Positions 53,531 to 64,000 of a DNA stretch of 64,000 nucleotides are shown one piece after another. The stretch is from Haliotis rubra (lineage: Eukaryota). The stretch covers positions 248,001-312,000 of the forward strand of contig NW_025764935.1 in assembly GCF_003918875.1 (NCBI RefSeq), read 5' to 3'. The notes beneath the pieces were generated by a model. That model had not been told where the DNA came from and did no database searches. It was given only the letters and a program-made list of their open reading frames with translations. The position numbers were made by a program, and so were the translations under genes. Each line of letters begins with the position of its first letter. The stretch's first letter is position 1.

Positions 53531-53877
53531 TGTGAGGTGAAATAGGGTTTTATGTCGTGCTTGAGAATATTACGCTCATATGACGACGTGCATGCGTATG
53601 TGTATGTGCGGCTGCTTGTACTAGCCCAGACTTAGCTGGTTTTATAGTGCTAGCCCACTGAGATACCATGCGGCAGTGAAGCATTAGTACCTCACTCAGA
53701 CACAGTATACTGACTCCGAGCCGACCAGTCCTTGTTGTTCCCTTTAATGCCGAGCACCAGGCAGGGACCAACAAGTACCATATTTTAATGTCTTTTGGTA
53801 TGACGCGGTCGGGGATCGAACCCGCGACCTTCCGCTCTCCGGCGGACGCTCTAACCACTACACCACGGAGGCGGTCC
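53531..53877 (-). mobile_element. tRNA-derived SINE family C, intact copy (central domain resembles Meta/RUDI-type SINEs)
   Basis: A box TAGTGGTTAG, B box GGTTCGATCC, CATACCAAAAGACATTAAAATATGGTAC..CCCTGCCTGG domain; 12-bp TSD CAAAATTGAATG (53519-53530 / 53878-53889). Confidence 0.92.
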
Positions 53878-54039
53878 CAAAATTGAATGGCAACACATGA
53901 TTGTGTGTACATGATACAATGCTATTGTTGCTGTATGATTGTGTGTACATGATACAATGCTATTGTTGCTATATGATTGAGACATCATACGTGACTGTGC
54001 AATGTCGTATTGCTTTAGAGTGTCAGTTACTGCATTAAA

Positions 54040-54087
54040 TGGCCTGAAGAAGCAGGTACCGAATGTACTTGCTGAAAACGTTTGCCA
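54040..54087 (+). ncRNA. Minimal type I hammerhead ribozyme (Penelope pLTR type)
   Basis: Stem I UGGC/GCCA, core CUGAAGA, 9-bp stem II AGCAGGUAC/GUACUUGCU, GAAA, palindromic stem III AACGUU, predicted cleavage after U54083. Confidence 0.8.
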
Positions 54088-54157
54088 AACTTATTTCATC
54101 TTCATCTTCTATACATGTGACCATAGAGTGTGAACATTTCGTGTGATATTTCTTATA

Positions 54158-54663
54158 TATTCTTTAAAAAAGGTAGGGGAACCTGAACTTTCAATTTGGA
54201 TAGAATGTATAAGTGTTCACAAACTTTTCAAAGACAGACATCTTATGAACGCACCACCATTTCTCCCTATCACCACCCCTAAACACAACGCATGGGATGC
54301 ACGTGCACAACGCAGTAGCCCCATATACCTGTCATTCTTGATTTTGACGGTTTTCAAGAAGGTCGATAAGTCACTGTAGACATTAATTTTGACAATCATC
54401 TTGCATCACACAGTTGTTAGTGTTTGTTTTTGCTTTATTTTTTTTTTTTTTTTTGAAAATGAAAATCGTACACATGCAAATTTCACTTACACCAATCATC
54501 TTTCACAAGCGATTCCTGTACAAACAACTATGGTCATAAGGAAGTGTAAGTGGTGATGCACTCTCAAAACATTCATTGTTATATCAACATTGATCGACTC
54601 CGATATCTCCAGATGTTTTCAATTGTAAATTAAAAATGAAGTTCCCTCAATTTTTTAAGAGTG
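54158..54663. mobile_element. Tc1-type MITE
   Basis: Imperfect TIR tattctttaaaaaaggtaggggaac / gttccctcaattttttaagagtg between TA runs. Confidence 0.65.
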
Positions 54664-55398
54664 TATATATATAATGTCCATATTCACCCAGTACTGTTCA
54701 CCTGAAGCAGTAAGAATTAACTCCGAAGCGTTGTAATAGACAGTTTCGGTCATGAATAATAGAGAGCTTCATTTTTTGTGCTCATCCCCGAGATTGTTCT
54801 CATCATTTTATGAAAGTCCAAGATTTCTTTATTTATTATTACATACCATTGCATGTTTTGTGTGTAAAAACTTATTTGAGATCAAATAAATGTACCACTG
54901 TAATGTTTAACAGTTGTAAGCTCAAGTGTTTGTCATGATCTACAGGTGCTTGTGTCACCAAAATGTATCTAGTTTATTCTTAGATTGTATCATGCACTAA
55001 AATTTCTTTAAATATTCCAAATACTTAAGTAAACATCTTCCTGGACATGTTATCTCTCTAACTTAATGTCCTGTTTTATTTGGTGTGTAATCACATTCTT
55101 TTCGCTTTGTAAGTTGTAGTTTTTTGGCCTAGAGTTTTGAGAAGTATTTTGATTCCATAGACTTTTGCTTCAGTTTTCATATAAAAATTATCAACCAGCA
55201 TCGCTGGCTCTGCCATTGTGCATAGTAATTATTCTGTTTTAAGTACATTTACTCAAATCTAGAAATTATATAAATGAATATAAACTGACGAACATTAAAT
55301 TAACTATTGCATATATCATGCAGTTAGCTCATTCATAGTTTGCCAGTGTAACTTCATAAATAACATGGAAGATTTCCATTGAGGTTTATTATTTGTTA

Positions 55399-55480
55399 AT
55401 GTGTGAAGCACATTTCTGGTGTCCCTCGCTGTTATATTGCTGGAATATTGCTAAAAGCGGCGTAAAACTAAACTCACTCA
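55399..55480 (+). mobile_element. 5'-truncated SINE family B
   Basis: Body and tail GCTGGAATATTGCTAAAAGCGGCGTAAAACTAAACTCACTCA. Confidence 0.8.
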
Positions 55481-55586
55481 AAGTTTAATAAGTTAGTAGG
55501 CTGGACAACATATAATGACGGCAAAATAATTGTGTGTGTGTGGTGAAACTAATATTTATATTTTCCTATTATCTGAATCCTAATTA

Positions 55587-57108
55587 ACTAGTGTCCAAAA
55601 GAAATGATACCACGTGTTTCAAAGATCACTAAATTAAAACAAAACAACATAGACATTTCAAATTGATATCTTTCATTAGATAAATGATTTTACGGCATGT
55701 GTACAAAAAGTCATGGCAATCAAAGATTTACAATCATTAACACAGGGCTTTAAACGAAGTGTGGTGCCCAAAATTGAAATTTCATTTTAGCACAGTGGAG
55801 GAGGCTAGTGGGGTTAGTCTCTGAAAACAGTCTTAACGCCACTTTAGTACCGGGTATGTCCACCAGCAGCTGCGATACATGCCATGACACGCCTCCGAGC
55901 TGACGACGTCAAATGTCGGATGACGTTAGGGGTGATTCGCTGCCACTCATCCTGGAGACAATGTTCCAATTGTTGGAGGTTGGCCGGGGCAGGGCGCTTT
56001 TCTGATTTTCCGATTGAGGTGATCCTATATGTGCTCAATGGGATTCAAACCGGTGAACACGCTGGCCATGGCAAAACCTGTATGTTGGCGTTGGCAAGGA
56101 AGTTCTGGGTCAATCTTGCCGTATGAGGCCTAGCGTTATCGTGCTGGAACACGATTCCTCCTGGATGCTGTTGGGCTTAATGGCTGCACGACTGGTCGTA
56201 AAACCTCATCCTGGTAACGCTGTGCATTCAGGTTCCCCCAAATAATGACGAGCCTCGCTTTTCACATCACCGCAGATACCTCTCCACACCATAACACCTC
56301 CGCCTCCAAATGCATGGACTTGCTGGATGCAGTTCGGCGCCAAACGCTCACCGAACTCTTCGGGTATACTGCGCTGCCGACCATCGTTCTTGTAAAGGCA
56401 AAACCGGCTTTCGTCCGAAAACAAAGACACGTCGCCCAGTTTCGACGTTGCCACCGCCCGAACACGCCTGGCCCAAATCAGTCGGTTGACTCTGTTTTGA
56501 CGTGTCAGGTAGACTAAGCTGTAGAGGCGGCGTGCACGGATACCATGTGCCTGCAGTCTCCTGTAGACGGTTTGTCGACTTATCCGGTGTCCCAGTCCCG
56601 TCGCCGCCGTTAACGTTGTAGGAACGAAGCGGTTACGTAGGTGAAGTAACCGGATGTGGTTGTCTTGAATAGGCGTGGTCACCAGGGGTCTCCCGCTTCT
56701 CGGCCTGTCTGTTGTTCGGCCTGTTTGACGCAACCGTTGCATTAACCTGGTAACGGTTATGCGCGAGCATCCAAACGTTCTTGCTACAGCGGCGTGTGAT
56801 GCTCCCTGTCGGACCATTCCAACGGCTCTTTCTCTCTCGATCGCTGTCAAACGTGCCATTTCTTTTGTGTGCTTTTTACTGCAGTGGGCACAACGTGTCG
56901 GACCAGCGGTTTTATACAGTTCATCTGCACGTGCATTTCGTGCTACACGACTTAACGTCATAAGTGAATAAATGTGGCCGTGTTTTTCGATTGAATACGT
57001 TTGGTTAGGAACTTGGGATACACAGAAATATGTTTTTTCTCCAAAAAGTATCATTAATTTAAAAATATTGAAACAAATATTTGGTATCGTTTCTTTTGGA
57101 CATGAGTT
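55587..57108 (-). mobile_element. Full-length Tc1 element (DD34E), frameshifted transposase 55844-56859
   Basis: TIRs ..TGTCCAAAAGAAAYGATACCA at both ends with TA flanks; paired-like HTH, RPRSGRP, FSDESRF, GGGGVMVW, FQHDNARPH, LNPIEH (34-residue D-E spacing after repairing one frameshift), GGHTRY. Confidence 0.93.
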
Positions 57109-57494
57109 TATATCGCTTGTTTTAATAATGAATTATATTTATTATAAATTATTACTCTATCGTAGGGCACTAGCACCTTGCTTCCTTAATATGTTCCATC
57201 AGCATCGTATGGGGACGTTTTTCATCCTTGAACATTAGGGAACAGGTTGACCTGACCCTTGCGAGTCAGTTTCCAACTCCAACAGAAAGAGGCAGCTCCC
57301 TGCGCGGACCTGTTTTTGCAACAACGTTCAACCAATTTAGTCACTTCTTGAGGCCTTGTATTCTATAGAACTTATATATACTAAGCTAGTCCACCCTGGT
57401 CCAGTCCTCTCTTGATCTGTTAAGTTTTGTGTCCTACAAACATTTACCAGCCAGTTGAAAACTATGAACTGGGCATTGTGCTTTCAAACTGTTA

Positions 57495-57738
57495 CCCATG
57501 AAGGTCCAGGTTTAGAATATTGATTTTCAGTAACCCCATGCTTGTCGTAAGAGGTGGTGACTAAGGTGTTCGGGGTTAAGCTCGCTGACTTGGTTGACAC
57601 ATGTCATCGGTTCCCAAATGCGCAGATGGATGCTCATGCTGTTGATGACTGGATTGTCTGGTCCAGACTCGATTATTTACAGACCGCCACCATATAGCTG
57701 GAATATTGCTGAGTGCAGCGTAAAACTAAACTCGCTCA
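57495..57738 (+). mobile_element. Family A retroposon, full-length copy
   Basis: Starts CCCATGAAGGTCC, colinear with 671-905. Confidence 0.88.
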
Positions 57739-60700
57739 TTTAAACTATGTAGTGGTAACAAAACTTGGGCTAAAACCATAGTATCCTGACCCATGAAGAA
57801 AGCAATTCTGCCCAGTCCAGTTATTGAGACAGATTAGATTTGGTTAGATTAGGTTTGGTTTCCATGGCAACCATATATGACAAGATCAAATCACTGATAT
57901 TGTTCAGCATTTCTTCCTTGCTATTTAATCTGCTTCTACTCTTATGTTTATTCTGTTACATATTCATGACTGTTCATTGAAGTAATGCTGTAGCTTTTCT
58001 TCAATGTCCAGACCTTTGAAACCACTATTAAATCCACAGGTGACATTTCAAGAAACACTTATGCTGGAAATTTTCCCTTTCAAACATAGTTTATTCAAGT
58101 GAATTCAATATGCTGTAATTATTTCACTCTTAGCACATATGTCATTCCTCAGGGAGTCTGGATGTGGAAGATAGTTTTTCATAGCCTGCAGGCAAGGGTG
58201 ACTTCTCAGATATTGGTTCTGAAAGAGATCAATGATACTTAACTTAAACGAGTGTTGGTTTATAATTAATGTCTCATCTTTTGTCATCTGTGAGCTTGAT
58301 TCCTATCTTGACACCAACTGTAACAGTCTGTCACCTTGTAACAGGTGGTCCTTGTGAAGCAAATCCTGTGGGGATTCTGAGGCAGAATAGGGCTTGAATT
58401 CATCAAGCTTCAGAACCATGGGCTGAGTGGGTCAGGTGCAGGCAAGGTGTGCCATGGTTCATTGTCCAGTGAGATGAATTACCTGAAGGTCCTATTTAGT
58501 GCATGGAAGAAGTTAGCAAATATCCAATTCCTTGATGTAACTATATCTAATTTGTCTCTGTAGTATCAGCAGTCTGTAGGAATCCATTTTGTAAGTATTT
58601 ATAGAGAAAATGAGTTCAGACAGAATGTTAAGGACATGTTGACATGAGTTGATCTTGATAATTCATATAATTCACAGATAATTCAGATAATTCACAGATA
58701 ATTCAATGACAACGAATCACAGTAGAAAATCTTTTCCAATTTCCTGGATGTCCTGTGCGTAGCACATACAGAAAAATTGTGAGGTTAAAAAAGCGTGCTC
58801 TGACGTCACAAATTAAGGGGAGATAACTCCACGGGATGAGGGAATACCACCAGGGGAACTATGACTTAAGGGATCGTTTTTTCTTTTCCATTTTACTGTA
58901 TGTGTCTGTGGTAACCACAGGAATAAGGCAACCATAGTCCAGAGGGAATAATTGGTATTTCCTGTGTTAAACTGGATGGTCCAGTTAGCTGCAAAGTGAT
59001 TTTAAGCTATTGGTGAGATGTGAGAATCAAGCCAAACTACACACTGACAAGTCAAACAGACAATTCTCATACGACATGTCATAACGAACCAGTAATAATC
59101 AAGATAGTACAGTTTACACAGTGTTAATGTCGAAGGTTCAGGTCTCTCATTGTCCGAGACAAATAGAATTTTCTAAAAAGCTGTTTATTAGCCTGAAATT
59201 AGAAATGTCAACATCAGGTAATATTGATATCTCTCTGCCATTATATGTCATTCAAATATGATGCCGCAGATAGAGCTGATGAATTGGCTGCTAGTCAGAT
59301 GTTGATAAGATGTGCAACTCCTTATAATTTGATATTGAAGATGCAGCCATAGCACAGAACCAAGAAGAAATACTGCTGTCAGCAATATTTACTTAGCAGG
59401 ATGCAGTTTCCTTCTCTCCTTCCTTCCTTTTCTGTCTAAAAAGTTACAAATACTTTTTTCAGCAATTTTCGTAACAAGTACTCAGTATATCGGAAACATT
59501 CAACGGAACCTGACTTCATGATGATACATGAAGGATTTTGTTTCAATTTTACATTACCTTTATTTATAAATCTTAATTGTATGATTGCTGCTACATTACT
59601 CATTTATGAGTAGACAAATGTTTGTTTTTTATAAGTCATGCGGAGAGAAACATTACTTTCAATCACAATTGAAACACGATAGCTATAAGATGTTGGAGGA
59701 TATATTATTACCTGCACTGGGTGCAACCTGTTGCTAACAGTAACCTGCACCAGCTGTTTTTAACATGCACCAGTGCAGGTTGTAAATAGTGAAATCGCAC
59801 CCTGATTTAGTGATAAACTCTTAAAACCCCACAGAATTAATTCAGTGGTATGGATTTTCTGGTAATAGACAAATTATTCTGGCCTAAAAATTATTAACAA
59901 CTCACTCCCAACAGTCTGTCATACTTAAATCATATCTTAGAATTATTCAGCTACCCTACAAAGACAACTTTCTGGAACATGTAAAGTGCTTAGAAGTGTT
60001 TGTCGTTTTCCTTCAGTTCCACCATCAGCACATTCAATGTTCTGTGTGTGTCAGATCCATCTTGATTATCTCCATTCCCTCTGGGGACACGTTTTCTTAT
60101 CAGACTTATCCTTTTCTTGGAATGCTTAACTAATAGCATGATTGTTGCCAGTTTACAAACTGGCCTGGGATATGCTTTCTGGTTCATGTTGTCTGTGTAA
60201 ATGTGTCATCCAAGAGAGATTTTGTGTTCCTAAAAGGAGTTGATTAACCAACAAATAGCTCTTGTTTCACTGTGTAACCGGCGTGGTTTACCAACTTAAG
60301 ACTGTGATGGTTTGACGCTATGAACTTTGACAACCTTGTACACACAATGCAGTCTTGTCACTTCATGTACCAAACTTCAACCACGCTGTTTCCCGTTTAA
60401 AGGATGCAGCTTATGATCAATAACATACCAGATTATTACAATTATCCATTTTATTACAAATAAGAAACCTCACAAACGAATAAACAAAATATACAATATG
60501 AAATATAGTTCTGAGAAGATTTATAAATATTAACTCGAAACAAAACACACCCGCACCAAACTTTCCTGTAGAAATTACATATATACATATAAACTCTAGC
60601 GCTTATAACAGCAATAGTGCACTCGTGCTAAAACCAGCATCCATCCTGCTTCCTAACATTAACCCTGTATAATACATTAAAACTAAATACTATTTTATCC

Positions 60701-61180
60701 TTTATTACATTCAACCACCCATTCCTACTTTAATCTTTCTAAACCTAACTATAAAAACCTATTCTAAGGTGCTACACTGTTGGAAGGGGTCAGCTGTTTC
60801 ATCGTGAAACAAATTCTGTCCATCACGGACAAGTGCTGCATCATCGGGAGGCAAGTGGGACGCTGTTTCGTCACGAAACAAGTATTCTCACCTATTCTTA
60901 GGCTAACTGCTACCAAGAAACTGAATCACGCATCGCACATCCCTTTTATACCCACCAGGTGGCCTGACCCATTAAGTGACAAACACACCTGCAGCCCTGC
61001 CCAGAGCGCGGCCAATTGCTTTGTCGGAACAGAGTTGTACCAACCAATGTAATGATCGTCGGGACTCGCTCGTTTCGGAATACAGTCGTGCCCTGTTTAT
61101 CCAGACATTTGTTTTTCTTGAAACTGTCCAGATGAATGAATTTCCGGATATCTGAACCAAGGACCATATGTGAAAAGAGA

Positions 61181-63379
61181 TAGTCAAGTCGCGTTAATCC
61201 GACATCATCCGTTGCACAGCAAATTGTCGGATTATCGAGGATGTCGGATTATCAAATTCGAGGACAGATCACGCCCATGATCGAAAACAGGTCAATCATG
61301 ATTCATATTCCGGTTACTGTAATAATACTAAAACGAAAAATTAATTCAGAGTTCATATATTTTATTAGCACATAACATAAAAATGCACAACATTTATAAA
61401 CCTCATTTGTAATATCAACCACATGTATAAATTGTAACCTAATAAAACCATTTACTCACATGTTTCACATTCATGTACATGCTTCCGTGAAACCTATGAC
61501 GGAGCCCGTGATGATACATGTACAGTACACTGTTTTCCTAACAATAAAAAGTCTTTGATGCTTTTCTGACATTCAGCCTTGCTTCGTGATTTTCCTGAGA
61601 GTTTGTTGAATATTTTCAAACGCATCAAGATCAGCCACGCTGAACGTGTCCAGATGGTGCTCAACAAAGCATGCAATCTCGGTCAAATGAGATTTGACAG
61701 TAGAAGCCTTTAGAATGGTGGGTTCTTCACTGTCATCACTCTCGTCCTCAGTGGGTTCGCTGTTTTCGGTCTTCCGCACCATGTCGATGATCGATTCATC
61801 AGATAATGATTATTCGCATGGAAGATCGCTGTCTACATTGATGAGATCTCCAGTTGACATGTTTGGGCCATACACTTTAATCACAGCTGTTGAAATTTCG
61901 CAATCGCTTCCTCTACATCGATGACAAGATCCGTGGTCACTGGTTCAGTTGACGGCAGAATTTGTGTGTGGCGCCAGCAGTTGATAATGGTCTGTTGTTT
62001 GACTTCGCTCCAGGCTGTTTGGATAAAGAGCAGGGCTCGCTTCACGTCCAGAGATTGCGGAGTTTCATTTTGAGAATTGTCCAAATAGAGTTTCATTTGT
62101 TGTTTCTTGTACATGAGTTTGAAATTTTTTATGATCCCAGCATCGAGTGGTTGGATGTGTGAAGTGGTATTAGGTGGCAGAAAATGACATGTGACATTAG
62201 TTAACTGGCAAGTAGCATGGGAGGGGGCATTGTCTAACAGCAGGATCACGTTACGTCTCTGCATGCGCATTTGTCGGTCAAAGTTCACCAGCCAATCCCG
62301 GAAAATTAAGGATGTCATCCATGCTTTCTTGTTTACGTACCAGTGGCAAACAGACGTAGGGTCAAATGTTCTTCCAAAACATCTCAGCTGATTGAATTTA
62401 TGAATCACAAGTGGTTTCAGTTTTTTCATGCCCGTTGCATTTACTGTCAGCATTACTGTCAAACGATCTTTAGACTGTTTCTTGCCAGAAACCGGAGCAG
62501 TGCACAATGTTGAATTTGGCTCAACCTTGTAAAATAAGCCTGTCTCATCAAAGTTGAAAATATCACAAGGATTGAAATTGGCGAGGACTTCCTGAATAGA
62601 TTGCCTGCCTTCTCCTCAGATTCACCATGAACTTTGTGATTTCTTATCCCATGCCTCTGTTTAAAACGATTCAGCCAGCCAGTACTGTATGAAAAATCAA
62701 GTACACCTAACCGATCGCCCAACACTTTGGCCTGTGTTTTCAACAGTTCATCATTCAGCATCACATTTCTTGATCTTACATCCGTAAACCACAGAAACAA
62801 GGCATTCTCCAGCTCCTCTTGTTTTGGTTTTCTGTTTCTTGATGTGGACATGTCGCTTGATGGCACAGCCAACCATTTTGTTGAATCTTTCAGGATATCT
62901 TCAACCCGAACTTCTCAACTGCATAAGTGATAACTTCACCTTGTGTCACTTTAGGTTTACTTTGCTTGAAGAGGCAAATGTCCTTCTTGATCTGTGGCGT
63001 TAACTCTACTCTCGCACGCTTACTTGGTGTTGAACAAGACATTTTGCCGCCTGTGTTAGGTAAGTCATTTTCATTATCTTTATACATGTACATGTACTTA
63101 CCTTGAGCATTGTGTAACTCACTTTCTTTATCTTGAGTGACACGTGTCAGTGTATTCACGGCTAATTGATCACACGCGCTGCTCACCTCAGTGTCGGATT
63201 AACAGGACCAATTACTGTATGATTACGACAGTCGGTTGTTAATTGGGTCTGTCGGAGTCGGAACTAGGGACTGCCGGATTAACGAGACTAAATAGCGTTG
63301 ATTTAATTTGTTACCGACAAAAGAGTCGGATAAAGCCGATTGTCGGATAAACGGAGGTCGGATTAACGTGACTTGACTG
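61181..63379 (-). mobile_element. Full-length Tigger (pogo superfamily) element, frameshifted transposase ~61530-63042
   Basis: 23-bp TIRs YAGTCAAGTCRCGTTAATCCGAC; CENP-B HTH (ELENALFLWF, YSTGWLNRFKQRHGI), FNFDETGLFY, NKKAWMT, LLDNAPSH, IQPLDAGIIKNFK. Confidence 0.93.
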
Positions 63380-63529
63380 TACAAAGAAACGAACATAATA
63401 GGCCTCAGACATAATCTTTTTTGATCAGACATCAACAAATAACAATGCATACATAGTAACACATCTTGTCAAATACAGTAGTCAAGTCAATAACACATGT
63501 GAACATACCTGTACATGCAGTTATGCTGG

Positions 63530-63830
63530 CTTGAAGAAATGGGATGATTCCTGCATCCATTGGCTGAATGTGTGCTGTCGTGTTGGGCGGCAGGAAGTGC
63601 AATCTGACATGTGTCAACTTCACATTGAGGGTGTGGCTAGCTGCATTGTCCATCAATAAAATAACACGCCTACCTCTCAATCTCATCTGTCTGTCAAATG
63701 CTAGCAACCAATCATCAAACAGTTCTGAAGTCATCCTGTATGTAACAAACTTCCAGATTAAAGTCACTACCAAAACAATGGGGACGTCTAGCCTTGCCAA
63801 TCACAGAGGTTAAAGTTTAACTGAACCGTA
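63530..63830 (-). pseudogene. Tigger transposase fragment (different copy)
   Basis: MTSELFDDWL..LLMDNAASH..FLPPNTTAHIQPMDAGII. Confidence 0.82.
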
Positions 63831-64000
63831 TTTACAAATTTATCTCTTTTCTCCTACTGAAATGGCATGGCATTTACGTTTTGTTGGTTGACTTGCCATT
63901 TTGACAAAACAATGCTTCTGATCAAACAACAGTTTATCGGCGTAATTATAGTGACCCACAAATTCACACGCCTCAAAAGCTACTCAAAATTAACCTTGTG

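Larger units (their letters stand above)
53135..54140 (+). mobile_element. Penelope-like element 3' end (GIY-YIG endonuclease relic and pLTR), interrupted by SINE
   Basis: KCGDSRCHTC..NCDTRDVIYVITCS*CNEKYIGKT..RMNLHQSHI..LSEHLDKC; hammerhead motif at 54040-54087. Confidence 0.85.

Noticed and set aside
53897-53978. 38-bp tandem duplication (also short repeats at 58658-58705 and 30105-30421)
   Set aside because: Ordinary local slippage or duplication with no further structure.

Overview
This is eukaryotic (animal) genomic DNA, AT-rich and almost entirely a transposable-element graveyard. The SINE families and CR1 tail look like those I recall from molluscs (gastropod/abalone-type); that is inference only. 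I found no intact host gene, tRNA, rRNA or CRISPR array. Decayed coding elements: hAT (ZNF862-like), MULE, pogo/Tigger (several), Merlin/ISXO2 with a spliceosomal intron, Tc1 (two), a DIRS YR-retroelement, a CR1 LINE, a GalEa-like Copia and a Penelope GIY-YIG end. Non-coding elements: four SINE-like families, many MITEs and a 41-bp minisatellite. Best observations: (1) an apparent source-daughter SINE pair 34 kb apart with a 124-bp 3' transduction; (2) two inverted 1.4-kb piggyBac-type elements forming a 6.6-kb TTAA-bounded composite whose inner arms look homogenised; (3) a short retroposon with no tRNA head whose fixed 5' end folds into a covarying pseudoknot; (4) a minimal type I hammerhead ribozyme in the Penelope terminus; (5) an element with asymmetric inverted repeats and a long terminal hairpin. 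None is shown here to be a new biological system; (3) is the best candidate for an undescribed functional RNA. Coordinates and difference counts were read by eye.
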